From positions 1 to 9,216 of IMG/VR virus record IMGVR_UViG_641736222_000030: a stretch of DNA of 9,216 nt. One strand, given 5' to 3'. A model generated the notes under the pieces. That model worked only from the letters and a program-made list of their open reading frames with translations, was not told where the DNA came from and searched no databases. The position numbers were made by a program, and so were the translations under genes. Origin of the DNA: a virus (lineage: Duplodnaviria > Heunggongvirae > Uroviricota > Caudoviricetes). The stretch's first letter is position 1. The number at the start of each line of letters is the position of its first letter. This document shows, piece by piece, positions 1-6,708 of this stretch.

Positions 1-1239
1 ATGAGCAGGGCAATTCATAGACTTAGCGACACTCTTTTACGAAAATTAAGCGGATCACCAACCACAAAAAGCACCTTTTTTAATGATGGTGGCAACCTTA
101 GCGTAAGGCATTCAACCAATGGCCTGTTAACCTGGTATTTCACTTACAGGGCTGGAACTGGTAGGCAGATATCACCGGAACGTCTGAGGCTGGGCAATTA
201 TCCCGATCTGAGCCTGAAAGCTGCCAGGGAAAAAGCGGCACAGTGTCGCGCCTGGCTGGCTGAGGGGAAAAATCCGCGCTATGAACTTAATCATGCTGTA
301 CAGGACGCGTTAGCCCCCGTGACGGTTAAGGAAGCGCTCACTTACTGGCTTGAATCGTACGCAAAGGAAAAGCGCACTGACTACGAATCACTGAAAAGCC
401 GGATCAATAAACACATAATTAGCCAGATTGGCGCTATGCCACTGGAAAAATGCGAGCTACGCCACTGGCTGGCCTGTTTTGACCAGCTTGCTAAGCGTAA
501 TCCGGTATCAGCCGGATTTTTGCTACAGGTATGCAAACAGGCGCTTAAGTACTGCCGAAAACGACGATACGCAATCAGCAACGTTCTTGATGATATGGTT
601 GTCGGTGATGTTGGGAAAAAAGCAGAAATAAGCGAGCGCGTACTAACAAACAAGGAGCTTGGGGAATTACTACGCGCCCTGGATGAAAAAATTTACCCAC
701 CGTACTACAGCGCCCTGATTCGCCTCCTGATTGTCTTCGGATGCCGTACCACTGAGCTAAGACGCTCTGAGGTCCAGGAATGGGATTTTAAAGAAATGCT
801 CTGGACCGTGCCGAAAGAACACAGCAAAACGAAGGTAGCAATATTCAGGCCAATACCGGAAGCGATCTTGCCGTTTGTCATGAAGCTGGTGGAGCAGAAC
901 AGGCACACGGGATTATTGCTCGGAGAACTGAAAGGGCAATCATCCGTATCAGAGTACGGAAGAACGGCACACAGACGCATTAATCAAGCCCCATGGACGT
1001 TGCACGACATCCGGCACACGTTTACAACGATGCTGAACGATTTAGGCGTTGATCCTCATGTAGTGGAGCAGCTAACCGCGCACCAGTTGCCAGGAATGCA
1101 ACGAGTCTATAATCACTCCCGTTATCTTGATGCAAAACGTGACGCTCTTAATCTATGGGGTGAGCGTCTCGAGCTTCTCCAGAACAATGATGAAAAAATC
1201 GTTGTTATGACCTCGCGAATTTACTCCCAAAATTCTTGA
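1..1239 (+). CDS. int: site-specific tyrosine recombinase, P4-type phage integrase (412 aa)
   Basis: Complete ORF. N-terminus (DGGNLSVRHSTNGLLTWYFTYRAGTGRQ) resembles the arm-DNA-binding domain of P4-family integrases; C-terminal catalytic domain has box I Arg (FGCRTTELRR), HxxR (LHDIRHTFTT) and a Tyr region (VYNHSRYLD). Confidence 0.93.
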   Translation: MSRAIHRLSDTLLRKLSGSPTTKSTFFNDGGNLSVRHSTNGLLTWYFTYRAGTGRQISPERLRLGNYPDLSLKAAREKAAQCRAWLAEGKNPRYELNHAVQDALAPVTVKEALTYWLESYAKEKRTDYESLKSRINKHIISQIGAMPLEKCELRHWLACFDQLAKRNPVSAGFLLQVCKQALKYCRKRRYAISNVLDDMVVGDVGKKAEISERVLTNKELGELLRALDEKIYPPYYSALIRLLIVFGCRTTELRRSEVQEWDFKEMLWTVPKEHSKTKVAIFRPIPEAILPFVMKLVEQNRHTGLLLGELKGQSSVSEYGRTAHRRINQAPWTLHDIRHTFTTMLNDLGVDPHVVEQLTAHQLPGMQRVYNHSRYLDAKRDALNLWGERLELLQNNDEKIVVMTSRIYSQNS

Positions 1240-1388
1240 CAAATTACGGCTGTTTTTCTTCGGGAAAATAGCCTTCTTAAAAAAATCGTCGAAGTTCGAC
1301 CAAAGTTCGTCGTTTTTTTATTTGTCAATCATCGAAAAAATTGAAATTCACTCTCCTGAATCCTTATTCTCTGTTTCTTGATTGTTCC

Positions 1389-1437
1389 AACACCTGATGG
1401 TTTATCTATTTGTTTTTAATGAGGTAATTCAGGTGTT
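1389..1437. repeat. perfect 9-bp inverted repeat AACACCTGA / TCAGGTGTT, 31-bp AT-rich spacer, in int-alpA intergenic region
   Basis: Read directly: AACACCTGA at 1389-1397, its reverse complement TCAGGTGTT at 1429-1437. Candidate operator or recombination-directionality site; function not established. Confidence 0.3.
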
Positions 1438-1649
1438 ATGCCAAATGACGACATTTTTTGTTGCGTCGCTTAAAAACTCGTGACACGATTTTAAACACTA
1501 ACGAGCTTCTACGAACCTTAGCGAACAAAGCCTTTAGCATGGTTGTGTTTTTAATTTAAGAGGTGAAAAAGAATCTAAGTAATATCCGATCTTATATATC
1601 TACAGCTAAGAGAAAAGTTTATATACGTAATTTTTATGTAGGTTTTTGT

Positions 1650-1859
1650 ATGCGTGAAATAAATGAAGATCGTGTAATCCGCGAAAAAGAATGCAGAGAG
1701 CTAACAGGCGTTTGCCGCACAACTCGTTACGAGATGGAAAAGCAGGGCCGCTTCCCCTCACGTATCAGTCTTGGCGGTCGTTCTGTTGGCTGGGTTAAGT
1801 CTGAGGTTATGGAATGGGTTAAAAGCCGGGATCGTATTAATTCAGGTAAGGCAGCGTAG
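1650..1859 (+). CDS. alpA: AlpA-family (phage-type MerR-like HTH) transcriptional regulator, 69 aa
   Basis: Translation MREINEDRVIREKECRELTGVCRTTRYEMEKQGRFPSRISLGGRSVGWVKSEVMEWVKSR matches the AlpA pattern (TG-x-SR-x-T-x-Y, FP-x-x-LG-x-RSV-x-W, SEV-x-x-W). ATG at 1650 chosen over the ORF-track GTG at 1563 because AlpA proteins are about 70 aa; the ribosome-binding site is weak (AGG about 8 nt upstream). Confidence 0.85.
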   Translation: MREINEDRVIREKECRELTGVCRTTRYEMEKQGRFPSRISLGGRSVGWVKSEVMEWVKSRDRINSGKAA

Positions 1860-1872
1860 GGGGAACATATGA

Positions 1873-1905
1873 CACATAAAACAAAGGCGACCTGTGGCGG
1901 TCGCC
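1873..1905 (-). terminator. hairpin GGCGACC-N6-GGTCGCC followed on the minus strand by TTTGTTTTAT; putative intrinsic terminator for the divergent RHH gene
   Basis: 7-bp stem 1886-1892 / 1899-1905. The T-tract exists only on the minus strand (plus 1874-1885 acataaaacaaa). Sits about 90 nt past the RHH stop on that strand. Confidence 0.4.
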
Positions 1906-1993
1906 AATGGGAAAACACTCAACATAAGCCCGAACATCATAGCGATTTGCTGTCTGGTGGGCAATGTGCTCAGTGTGCTGGCTTGCTGGTGGA

Positions 1994-2173
1994 CTATTCC
2001 TGCTCTTTGGCCTTGCGGCGCTGGCGGCGTTTGATTTCGCCTTTAACGGCAGTAACTATAAATTGCGCTTTGCTTTCACCTTCATCTAAATTTTTTTCTA
2101 AGTCTGCAACAACATCATGCGGGAATCTGGCATTTAACTGTTGCGACTTATTATTTGTTGAACCTGTTGCCAT
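1994..2173 (-). CDS. ribbon-helix-helix (CopG/Arc/MetJ-like) DNA-binding protein, 59 aa
   Basis: Minus-strand ORF MATGSTNNKSQQLNARFPHDVVADLEKNLDEGESKAQFIVTAVKGEIKRRQRRKAKEQE: N-terminal beta-strand (QQLNARFPHDVV), helix, then G-E-S-K helix N-cap, and a basic tail. Start at the internal ATG (plus 2171-2173) with RBS AGAGAGGA 7 nt upstream. The competing + strand reading here is Cys/Trp-rich and not protein-like. Confidence 0.6.
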   Translation of the reverse strand: MATGSTNNKSQQLNARFPHDVVADLEKNLDEGESKAQFIVTAVKGEIKRRQRRKAKEQE

Positions 2174-2189
2174 TACTGAATCCTCTCTA

Positions 2190-2290
2190 AGTTGGTGCGA
2201 TTCAGTATACACAAAAAAAATTCAGAGAAAAGGCTTGAAGTGCGATTCACTTGCTGATAGGTTAAAAACAGATGGTGCGATGCACCAAAT
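2190..2290. promoter_or_regulatory. divergent promoter/operator region with three direct repeats of GTGCGATTCA
   Basis: GTGCGATTCA at 2195-2204 and 2240-2249, plus GTGCGATGCA (one mismatch) at 2275-2284. Minus-strand -10-like TATACT (plus 2204-2209) overlaps repeat 1; plus-strand TTGAAG-17 bp-TAGGTT (2235-2263) has repeat 2 in its spacer. Confidence 0.4.
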
Positions 2291-2363
2291 AACAACGCCC
2301 CGCAGTGGTGGCACACATGCAGGGCGTCTAACAACCAACGATAGCAACAGTATCGAGGTAGCT

Positions 2364-2570
2364 ATGAGAAATCATACCACACACCCGCAAGGGCGGGACT
2401 CGCACAACCTGAATAAATACATCTGGCGTTTTATCGCCCTGAGCACGGCACAACCGCGCGTGATTACCATTGAGGCCACCAGCGAACAGGAAGCACGCCA
2501 GCAATCTCCGGCTGGCTGCGTGATGGTATTCGCTGCCCGTATTCGTCAGGGGGAAACCTATGCACAATAA
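2364..2570 (+). CDS. hypothetical small protein, 68 aa (first gene of coupled cassette)
   Basis: C-terminal 68 codons of ORF 1869-2570, beginning MRNHTTHPQGRDSHNLNKYIWRFIALSTAQ. ATG at 2364 preceded by GAGG; an alternative ATG at 2280 has a poorer RBS. Stop overlaps the next gene's start. No family recognised with confidence. Confidence 0.5.
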   Translation: MRNHTTHPQGRDSHNLNKYIWRFIALSTAQPRVITIEATSEQEARQQSPAGCVMVFAARIRQGETYAQ

Positions 2571-2784
2571 AACCACACCGGACGCAACCGCCGCCGCACT
2601 CACTACACTGATGCACGCGCTGATTGATATTTCTGTTATTGCTGACAGGGCGCATAAACACGCAGCCAGAGAATCAGAATGCATCTTCCATTATTTAGCA
2701 TTTGTGCAGCTAAAAGCCGATCAGGCACTGGATAAGGCCGGAAAAATTATCATGGCTGATGTGCAGGAGGTGCACCATGCATAA
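2560..2784 (+). CDS. hypothetical small protein, 74 aa
   Basis: ORF beginning MHNKTTPDATAAALTTLMHALIDISVIADR. RBS GGGGGA upstream; 11-nt overlap with preceding gene and 8-nt overlap (ATGCATAA) with the following gene. Confidence 0.6.
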   Translation: MHNKTTPDATAAALTTLMHALIDISVIADRAHKHAARESECIFHYLAFVQLKADQALDKAGKIIMADVQEVHHA

Positions 2785-3142
2785 CCTGTCAATTTCTGAC
2801 CTTAACAGCATTCAGTTTGACGAGAAATTTACCGGGCAGTTGCTGGTCAATGTGGAGAACGGGCGCATAGTGCGTAATTATCACCTGCCGGATGGTGCAA
2901 TTGCCGGAAGCGTTGAAGCATTGCTGGAACTGGCGGAACGTGCGCGACTGATTAAGCCGTCAACGAGCCATCACGATGATGATCTGCATTTTACCGGATG
3001 TATGGTGAGTCACTACGAAAACGGCGTCGAGGTATCCTGCGAACGGCTGCGTGATGATTGCTGTTTCGGCACACTGCCGGAATTTATCGAGTTGCTGACC
3101 AGTTGCGGTTATCATGTCATTCAGGGGGGTAAACATGCGTGA
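2777..3142 (+). CDS. hypothetical protein, 121 aa, Cys/His-rich C-terminal half
   Basis: Start at ATG 2777 with consensus RBS AGGAGG (the ORF-track start 2759 has none). C-terminal 50 aa carry Cys75, Cys88, Cys95, Cys96, Cys110 and several His, suggesting metal binding. No family recognised. Confidence 0.65.
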   Translation: MHNLSISDLNSIQFDEKFTGQLLVNVENGRIVRNYHLPDGAIAGSVEALLELAERARLIKPSTSHHDDDLHFTGCMVSHYENGVEVSCERLRDDCCFGTLPEFIELLTSCGYHVIQGGKHA

Positions 3143-3368
3143 TGATCGTTTTAATTCCCTGAAACAGGAATTTTCCGGCGTTCCTGATGATGCGGCTGAT
3201 GCGCTTTCGTCAATGCCAGAGCTTATTAGAGCGGCTTTTTTCTTACTTTCCACGAGAGAATATAAATCAACGGGGCTTGATGTACTGAATATCGCCGCCG
3301 ATTATGCGGAATATGTGGCAGAGGCGCGTTATAGAAGAAAATTTCCTGAGGATGTAAGCCATGCGTGA
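3135..3368 (+). CDS. hypothetical small protein, 77 aa
   Basis: Start ATG 3135 after GGGGGG RBS; the junction with the previous gene reads ATGCGTGA (start embedded 5 nt before upstream stop). Translation begins MRDDRFNSLKQEFSGVPDDAADAL. Confidence 0.6.
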   Translation: MRDDRFNSLKQEFSGVPDDAADALSSMPELIRAAFFLLSTREYKSTGLDVLNIAADYAEYVAEARYRRKFPEDVSHA

Positions 3369-3594
3369 TATTTACCACCAAACAATAGACCGCGCATTTC
3401 TTGCACTTTCTCACAGTGAAAACATGATGGAAATATTTCGCATATGGCTTGAAACACTTGGCGACAATGAACGCGACAAACAAAAATCAAGAATTGCCAC
3501 GGCATTAATAACGCTTCTTGAGCCTGTAATAATGGAACTGCAAGAAATAGATCTATTGCACGACAGATATAAAGAACAGCACACCGGAGAATAA
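3361..3594 (+). CDS. hypothetical small protein, 77 aa
   Basis: Same ATGCGTGA overlap junction as the previous gene; RBS GAGGA. Translation begins MRDIYHQTIDRAFLALSHSENMMEIFRIWL, predicted helical. Confidence 0.6.
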   Translation: MRDIYHQTIDRAFLALSHSENMMEIFRIWLETLGDNERDKQKSRIATALITLLEPVIMELQEIDLLHDRYKEQHTGE

Positions 3595-3599
3595 AAATA

Positions 3600-3899
3600 A
3601 TGAAACTTAAATATTCTGGCTTAACTGCCAGTGGCAACACTCACCCTAAATTTACGCGCGGTGATATTTACCGCGACCAGTACGGCGGCACGGTAATGAT
3701 TAAGGGCGTGGAAGAACGGCGCGTAACCTACCGCCGTGAAGGTTACGAATATGATTGCGTGATGCCTGTTTATCAGTTCCGGCGTGATTTTTCTCTGGTA
3801 CAGACCGCGCCGCATAACGTGCCCACCAGCAACGCCAGGGCACGGGCAAACATCCAGAAGCTGAAAACCATGATTAACGGATTCAGGGGTAAAAAATGA
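3600..3899 (+). CDS. hypothetical protein, 99 aa, coupled to replication gene
   Basis: RBS GGAGA 9 nt upstream; stop overlaps the primase start as ATGA (3896-3899). Basic protein beginning MKLKYSGLTASGNTHPKFTRGDIYRDQYGG. Confidence 0.6.
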   Translation: MKLKYSGLTASGNTHPKFTRGDIYRDQYGGTVMIKGVEERRVTYRREGYEYDCVMPVYQFRRDFSLVQTAPHNVPTSNARARANIQKLKTMINGFRGKK

Positions 3900-5650
3900 A
3901 ACTGGCACCGAACGTAAAACAGCAGTCACGCGGCATAAAACACAAAGAAACAGAAGTCATTATTTTTGCGGGTAGTGATGCCTGGGCACACGCGAAACAA
4001 TGGCAGGAACATGATGCGCGTATGGCCGGAGATAATGAGCCTCCTGTGTGGCTTGGGGAGCAGCAGTTATCAGAACTGGATAAGCTGCAAATTGTGCCGG
4101 AAGGCAGAAAATCCGTGCGCATATTCAGGGCCGGATATCTTGCGCCAGTAATGATAAAGGCGATTGGCCAGAAGCTGGCGGCGGCAGGCGTACAGGATGC
4201 AAATTTTTACCCTGATGGTATGCACGGTCAGAAGGTGGAGAACTGGCGCGAATATCTGGCCCGTGAGCGCCAGAATCTTTCTGATGGTCTGGTCATTGAG
4301 CTTCCGGTAAAGCAAAAGGCGCAACTTTCGCAGATGGCGGACAGTGAGCGCGCGCAGCTGCTTGCCGATCGCTTTGATGGCGTTTGCGTACATCCTGAAA
4401 GTGAAATCGTTCACGTATGGCGTGGCGGGGTATGGTGTCCGGTCAGCACAATGGAACTGAGCCGCGAAATGGTGGCGATCTATTCAGAGCACAGGGCCAC
4501 TTTCAGCAAGCGCGTAATCAATAACGCCGTGGAAGCGTTAAAAGTTATTGCCGAACCAATGGGCGAGCCGTCCGGCGATTTGCTGCCGTTCGCCAATGGT
4601 GCGCTTGACCTGAAAACGGGGGAATTTTCCCCGCACACGCCGGAGAACTGGATCACCACGCACAACGGCATTGAGTACACGCCACCAGCACCAGGGGAGA
4701 ACATCCGCGATAACGCGCCAAACTTTCATAAATGGCTTGAGCACGCAGCCCGAAAAGACCCGCGCAAGATGATGCGTATATGTGCCGCGCTGTACATGAT
4801 TATGGCGAACCGGTACGACTGGCAGATGTTTATTGAGGCCAGCGGAGACGGCGGGAGCGGTAAAAGTACATTCACACACATAGCCAGCCTTCTGGCAGGG
4901 AAACAGAACACGGTAAGCGCTGAAATGACATCGCTTGATGATGCTGGTGGACGTGCGCAGGTTGTCGGGAGTCGTCTTATCGTCCTGGCAGACCAGCCGA
5001 AATATACAGGCGAAGGAACGGGCATCAAGAAAATCACGGGCGGCGACCCCGTGGAAATAAACCCGAAATATGAAAAGCGTTTCACGGCGGTAATCAGGGC
5101 GGTGGTGCTGGCGACCAATAATAACCCGATGATATTCACCGAACGGGCCGGAGGTGTGGCACGTCGTCGCGTGATTTTCCGTTTCGACAATATTGTTAGT
5201 GAGGCCGAAAAAGACAGGGAACTACCGGAAAAAATTGCGGCTGAAATCCCCGTCATTATCCGCCGCTTGCTGGCGAACTTTACCGACCCTGAAAAGGCGA
5301 GGGCTTTACTACTGGAACAGCGTGACGGTGATGAAGCACTGGCAATAAAGCAACAGACGGATCCGGTTATTGAGTTTTGCCAGTTCCTGAATTTTCTGGA
5401 GGAAGCGCGCGGCCTGATGATGGGTGGCGGTGGTGATTCAGTGAAGTACACGACCAGGAACAGCCTTTACCGCGTCTATCTGGCGTTTATGGCATACGCA
5501 GGCAGGAGCAAACCGCTAAACGTGGCTGAGTTCAGCAAGGCCATGAAGCCAGCGGCGAAAGTTTACGGGCATGAATATATTACGCGAAAAGTTAAGGGAG
5601 TAACGCAGACCAACGCAATTACAACAGACGATTGCGACGCGTTTTTATAA
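3896..5650 (+). CDS. replication protein: P4-family primase C-terminal (D5_N-like) region plus SF3 helicase, probable C-terminal ori-binding region (584 aa)
   Basis: Motif LPFANGALDLKTGEFSPHTPENWIT (aa 230-255) is typical of the region preceding the helicase in P4-alpha-like proteins. Walker A GDGGSGKST (aa 317-325, nt 4844-4870), Walker B RLIVLADQ (aa 360-367), motif C VLATNNNP (aa 404-411). The N-terminal ~190 aa is not confidently a primase catalytic domain. Confidence 0.92.
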   Translation: MKLAPNVKQQSRGIKHKETEVIIFAGSDAWAHAKQWQEHDARMAGDNEPPVWLGEQQLSELDKLQIVPEGRKSVRIFRAGYLAPVMIKAIGQKLAAAGVQDANFYPDGMHGQKVENWREYLARERQNLSDGLVIELPVKQKAQLSQMADSERAQLLADRFDGVCVHPESEIVHVWRGGVWCPVSTMELSREMVAIYSEHRATFSKRVINNAVEALKVIAEPMGEPSGDLLPFANGALDLKTGEFSPHTPENWITTHNGIEYTPPAPGENIRDNAPNFHKWLEHAARKDPRKMMRICAALYMIMANRYDWQMFIEASGDGGSGKSTFTHIASLLAGKQNTVSAEMTSLDDAGGRAQVVGSRLIVLADQPKYTGEGTGIKKITGGDPVEINPKYEKRFTAVIRAVVLATNNNPMIFTERAGGVARRRVIFRFDNIVSEAEKDRELPEKIAAEIPVIIRRLLANFTDPEKARALLLEQRDGDEALAIKQQTDPVIEFCQFLNFLEEARGLMMGGGGDSVKYTTRNSLYRVYLAFMAYAGRSKPLNVAEFSKAMKPAAKVYGHEYITRKVKGVTQTNAITTDDCDAFL

Positions 5651-5661
5651 TTTTTTGTAAA

Positions 5662-5890
5662 AGCCCTCTACCCCATCTACCCGAATGAAATAAATACATA
5701 TTATTCAACATGATAAGTGGGTAGAGGGCCAGGTAGAAGGCTAATAAAAGCTCTCTACCTCTTCTACCTGATTTTATCAGTTTCAGGTAGCAGGGTAGAC
5801 GGCAGGTAGAGGAGCCCCAAAAGCTATCTACCCGCTGAAAGCCTCGCCATTACTGACATGATGAGCATTCGGGTAGATGGGTAGAGGGGG
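5662..5890. repeat. iteron array: putative origin of replication of the element
   Basis: Eleven exact copies of GGTAGA/TCTACC plus one GGTAGC variant. TCTACC at 5667, 5676, 5754, 5763, 5827; GGTAGA at 5720, 5732, 5794, 5805, 5872, 5880; GGTAGC at 5786. Mostly in pairs 8-12 bp apart. Nested inverted repeats: 5664-5682 vs 5871-5889 (19 bp, one G indel), 5663-5673 vs 5719-5729, 5730-5739 vs 5761-5770. AT-rich segment at 5683-5718. Lies directly 3' of the helicase gene. Confidence 0.55.
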
Positions 5891-5934
5891 GGGAGGCACA
5901 ACTAAAAACTTTTTAAACGAGGGGGTGAAAATAA

Positions 5935-6249
5935 ATGCGCATACATCAAAATCACTTAACAAACATGCCAGCCGAAAACATGAATCAGGGGCGACAAATG
6001 ACCAAAATTCGCAGAGACAGAACAGAGCCAAAATATAAAGCGTTAGACATGACTGAGCATACCTTAAAGGTGGCAATCAGAACGATAGACCGCCATGCGG
6101 GGGAAGGATACGCGAAAGCACATCCCGACCTGATAAGCGCATTCATGACCACGACGGCGGCAAACTTTGCCACGCTGACAGAACGGGAGATTGCCGAAGC
6201 GGAACAGGTAACAACCATCAACATTAAAACCGGAGAGGTGGAATCATGA
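5935..6249 (+). CDS. hypothetical protein, 104 aa (start uncertain; alternative ATG 5998 gives 83 aa), coupled to ssb
   Basis: ATG 5935 follows GAGGGGG; ATG 5998 follows AGGGG. Stop overlaps the ssb start as ATGA (6246-6249). No family recognised. Confidence 0.5.
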   Translation: MRIHQNHLTNMPAENMNQGRQMTKIRRDRTEPKYKALDMTEHTLKVAIRTIDRHAGEGYAKAHPDLISAFMTTTAANFATLTEREIAEAEQVTTINIKTGEVES

Positions 6250-6668
6250 CAGCACAGATAGCCGCTTACGGGCGGCTGGTGGCTGACCCACAGTTAAAGA
6301 CCACCAGCAAGGGTACACAAATGGCGATGGCGGGTATGGCTATCCCCCTGCCGTGCAGCCAGGCCGATGACGGAACGGCGACGATGTGGTTATCCGTCCT
6401 GGCGTTTGGCAGACAGGCCGACGCACTGGCAAAACACCGCAAAGGCGAGCTGGTGAGCGTGGCGGGTAACATGCAGGTAAGCCAGTGGACAGGCCAGAAC
6501 GGCGAAACGCGGCAGGGCTGGCAGGTTATCGCAGACAGCGTAATCAGTGCGAGAACGGCGCGACCGGGCGGCAAAAAAGGCCAGCAGGGGCAGGCTACTG
6601 ACGCACTGAACAGGGCAAAACAACAGGCGGGGAATGATGATCCGTACGGGGATAACATACCGTTTTAA
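6246..6668 (+). CDS. ssb: single-stranded DNA-binding protein (OB-fold), 140 aa
   Basis: Aligns by eye with E. coli SSB: IAAYGRLVADPQL vs VILVGNLGQDPEV; WLSVLAFGRQADALAKHRKGELVSVAGNMQVSQWTGQNGETRQ vs [44 protein letters not shown]; Gly/Gln-rich linker; C-terminal tip DDPYGDNIPF vs host DDDIPF. Confidence 0.85.
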   Translation: MTAQIAAYGRLVADPQLKTTSKGTQMAMAGMAIPLPCSQADDGTATMWLSVLAFGRQADALAKHRKGELVSVAGNMQVSQWTGQNGETRQGWQVIADSVISARTARPGGKKGQQGQATDALNRAKQQAGNDDPYGDNIPF

Positions 6669-6683
6669 GCAACGAGTGACAGA

Positions 6684-6708
6684 AGCCGGAGAAATCCGGC
6701 TTTTTTGT
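6684..6708 (+). terminator. rho-independent terminator after ssb
   Basis: 7-bp GC-rich stem AGCCGGA (6684-6690) / TCCGGCT (6695-6701), GAAA tetraloop, then T6 (6701-6706), 16 nt after the ssb stop. Confidence 0.7.

Noticed and set aside
381-980. Minus- and plus-strand ORFs of 67-91 aa (381-653 -, 428-631 +, 705-980 -) inside the integrase gene
   Set aside because: Entirely contained within the integrase reading frame region; no RBS and no recognisable protein features.
1236-1241. TTGACA -35 consensus overlapping the int stop codon
   Set aside because: No acceptable -10 hexamer at 16-18 bp spacing (downstream reads TTCGGG), so not called as a promoter.
1563-1649. GTG start at 1563 extending alpA to 98 aa
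   Set aside because: The extension (MKKNLSNIRSYISTAKRKVYIRNFYVGFC) is not part of the AlpA fold, which is about 70 aa. The start remains somewhat uncertain because the ATG at 1650 has only a weak RBS.
1886-1905. GGCGACCT palindrome resembling part of the lambda cosN cohesive end (GGGCGGCGACCT)
   Set aside because: Only 8 of 12 bases match, it is far from any packaging gene, and the context fits a terminator hairpin for the divergent RHH gene.
1727-1918. 63-aa minus-strand ORF overlapping alpA
   Set aside because: Antisense to alpA, whose translation matches the AlpA motif pattern; no RBS or protein-like features on the minus strand.
1869-2363. N-terminal two-thirds of the 233-aa + strand ORF 1869-2570
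   Set aside because: Translation is Cys/Trp/Arg-rich and not protein-like. It lies antisense to a well-formed RHH gene with a good RBS. Only the last 68 codons (2364-2570), which have their own RBS, are kept.
2328-3929. Minus-strand ORFs 2328-2684, 2464-2661, 2960-3253, 3226-3483, 3329-3640, 3621-3929
   Set aside because: All lie antisense to the tightly coupled + strand cassette, whose genes each have an RBS. No independent support.
3883-4879. ORFs 3883-4122 -, 3966-4151 +, 4070-4414 -, 4480-4704 -, 4538-4879 - inside the primase/helicase gene
   Set aside because: Off-frame or antisense shadows of the replication gene; none has an RBS or recognisable motifs.
4726-5451. 241-aa minus-strand ORF inside the primase/helicase gene
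   Set aside because: Antisense shadow of a gene with clear Walker A/B motifs; the translation is Pro/Ser/Arg/Ala-rich and low-complexity.
5662-5890. Possible CRISPR array or other spacer-repeat structure
   Set aside because: Repeat units are 6-bp hexamers in both orientations at irregular spacing with palindromic nesting. There are no 25-40 bp repeats alternating with unique spacers and no cas genes.
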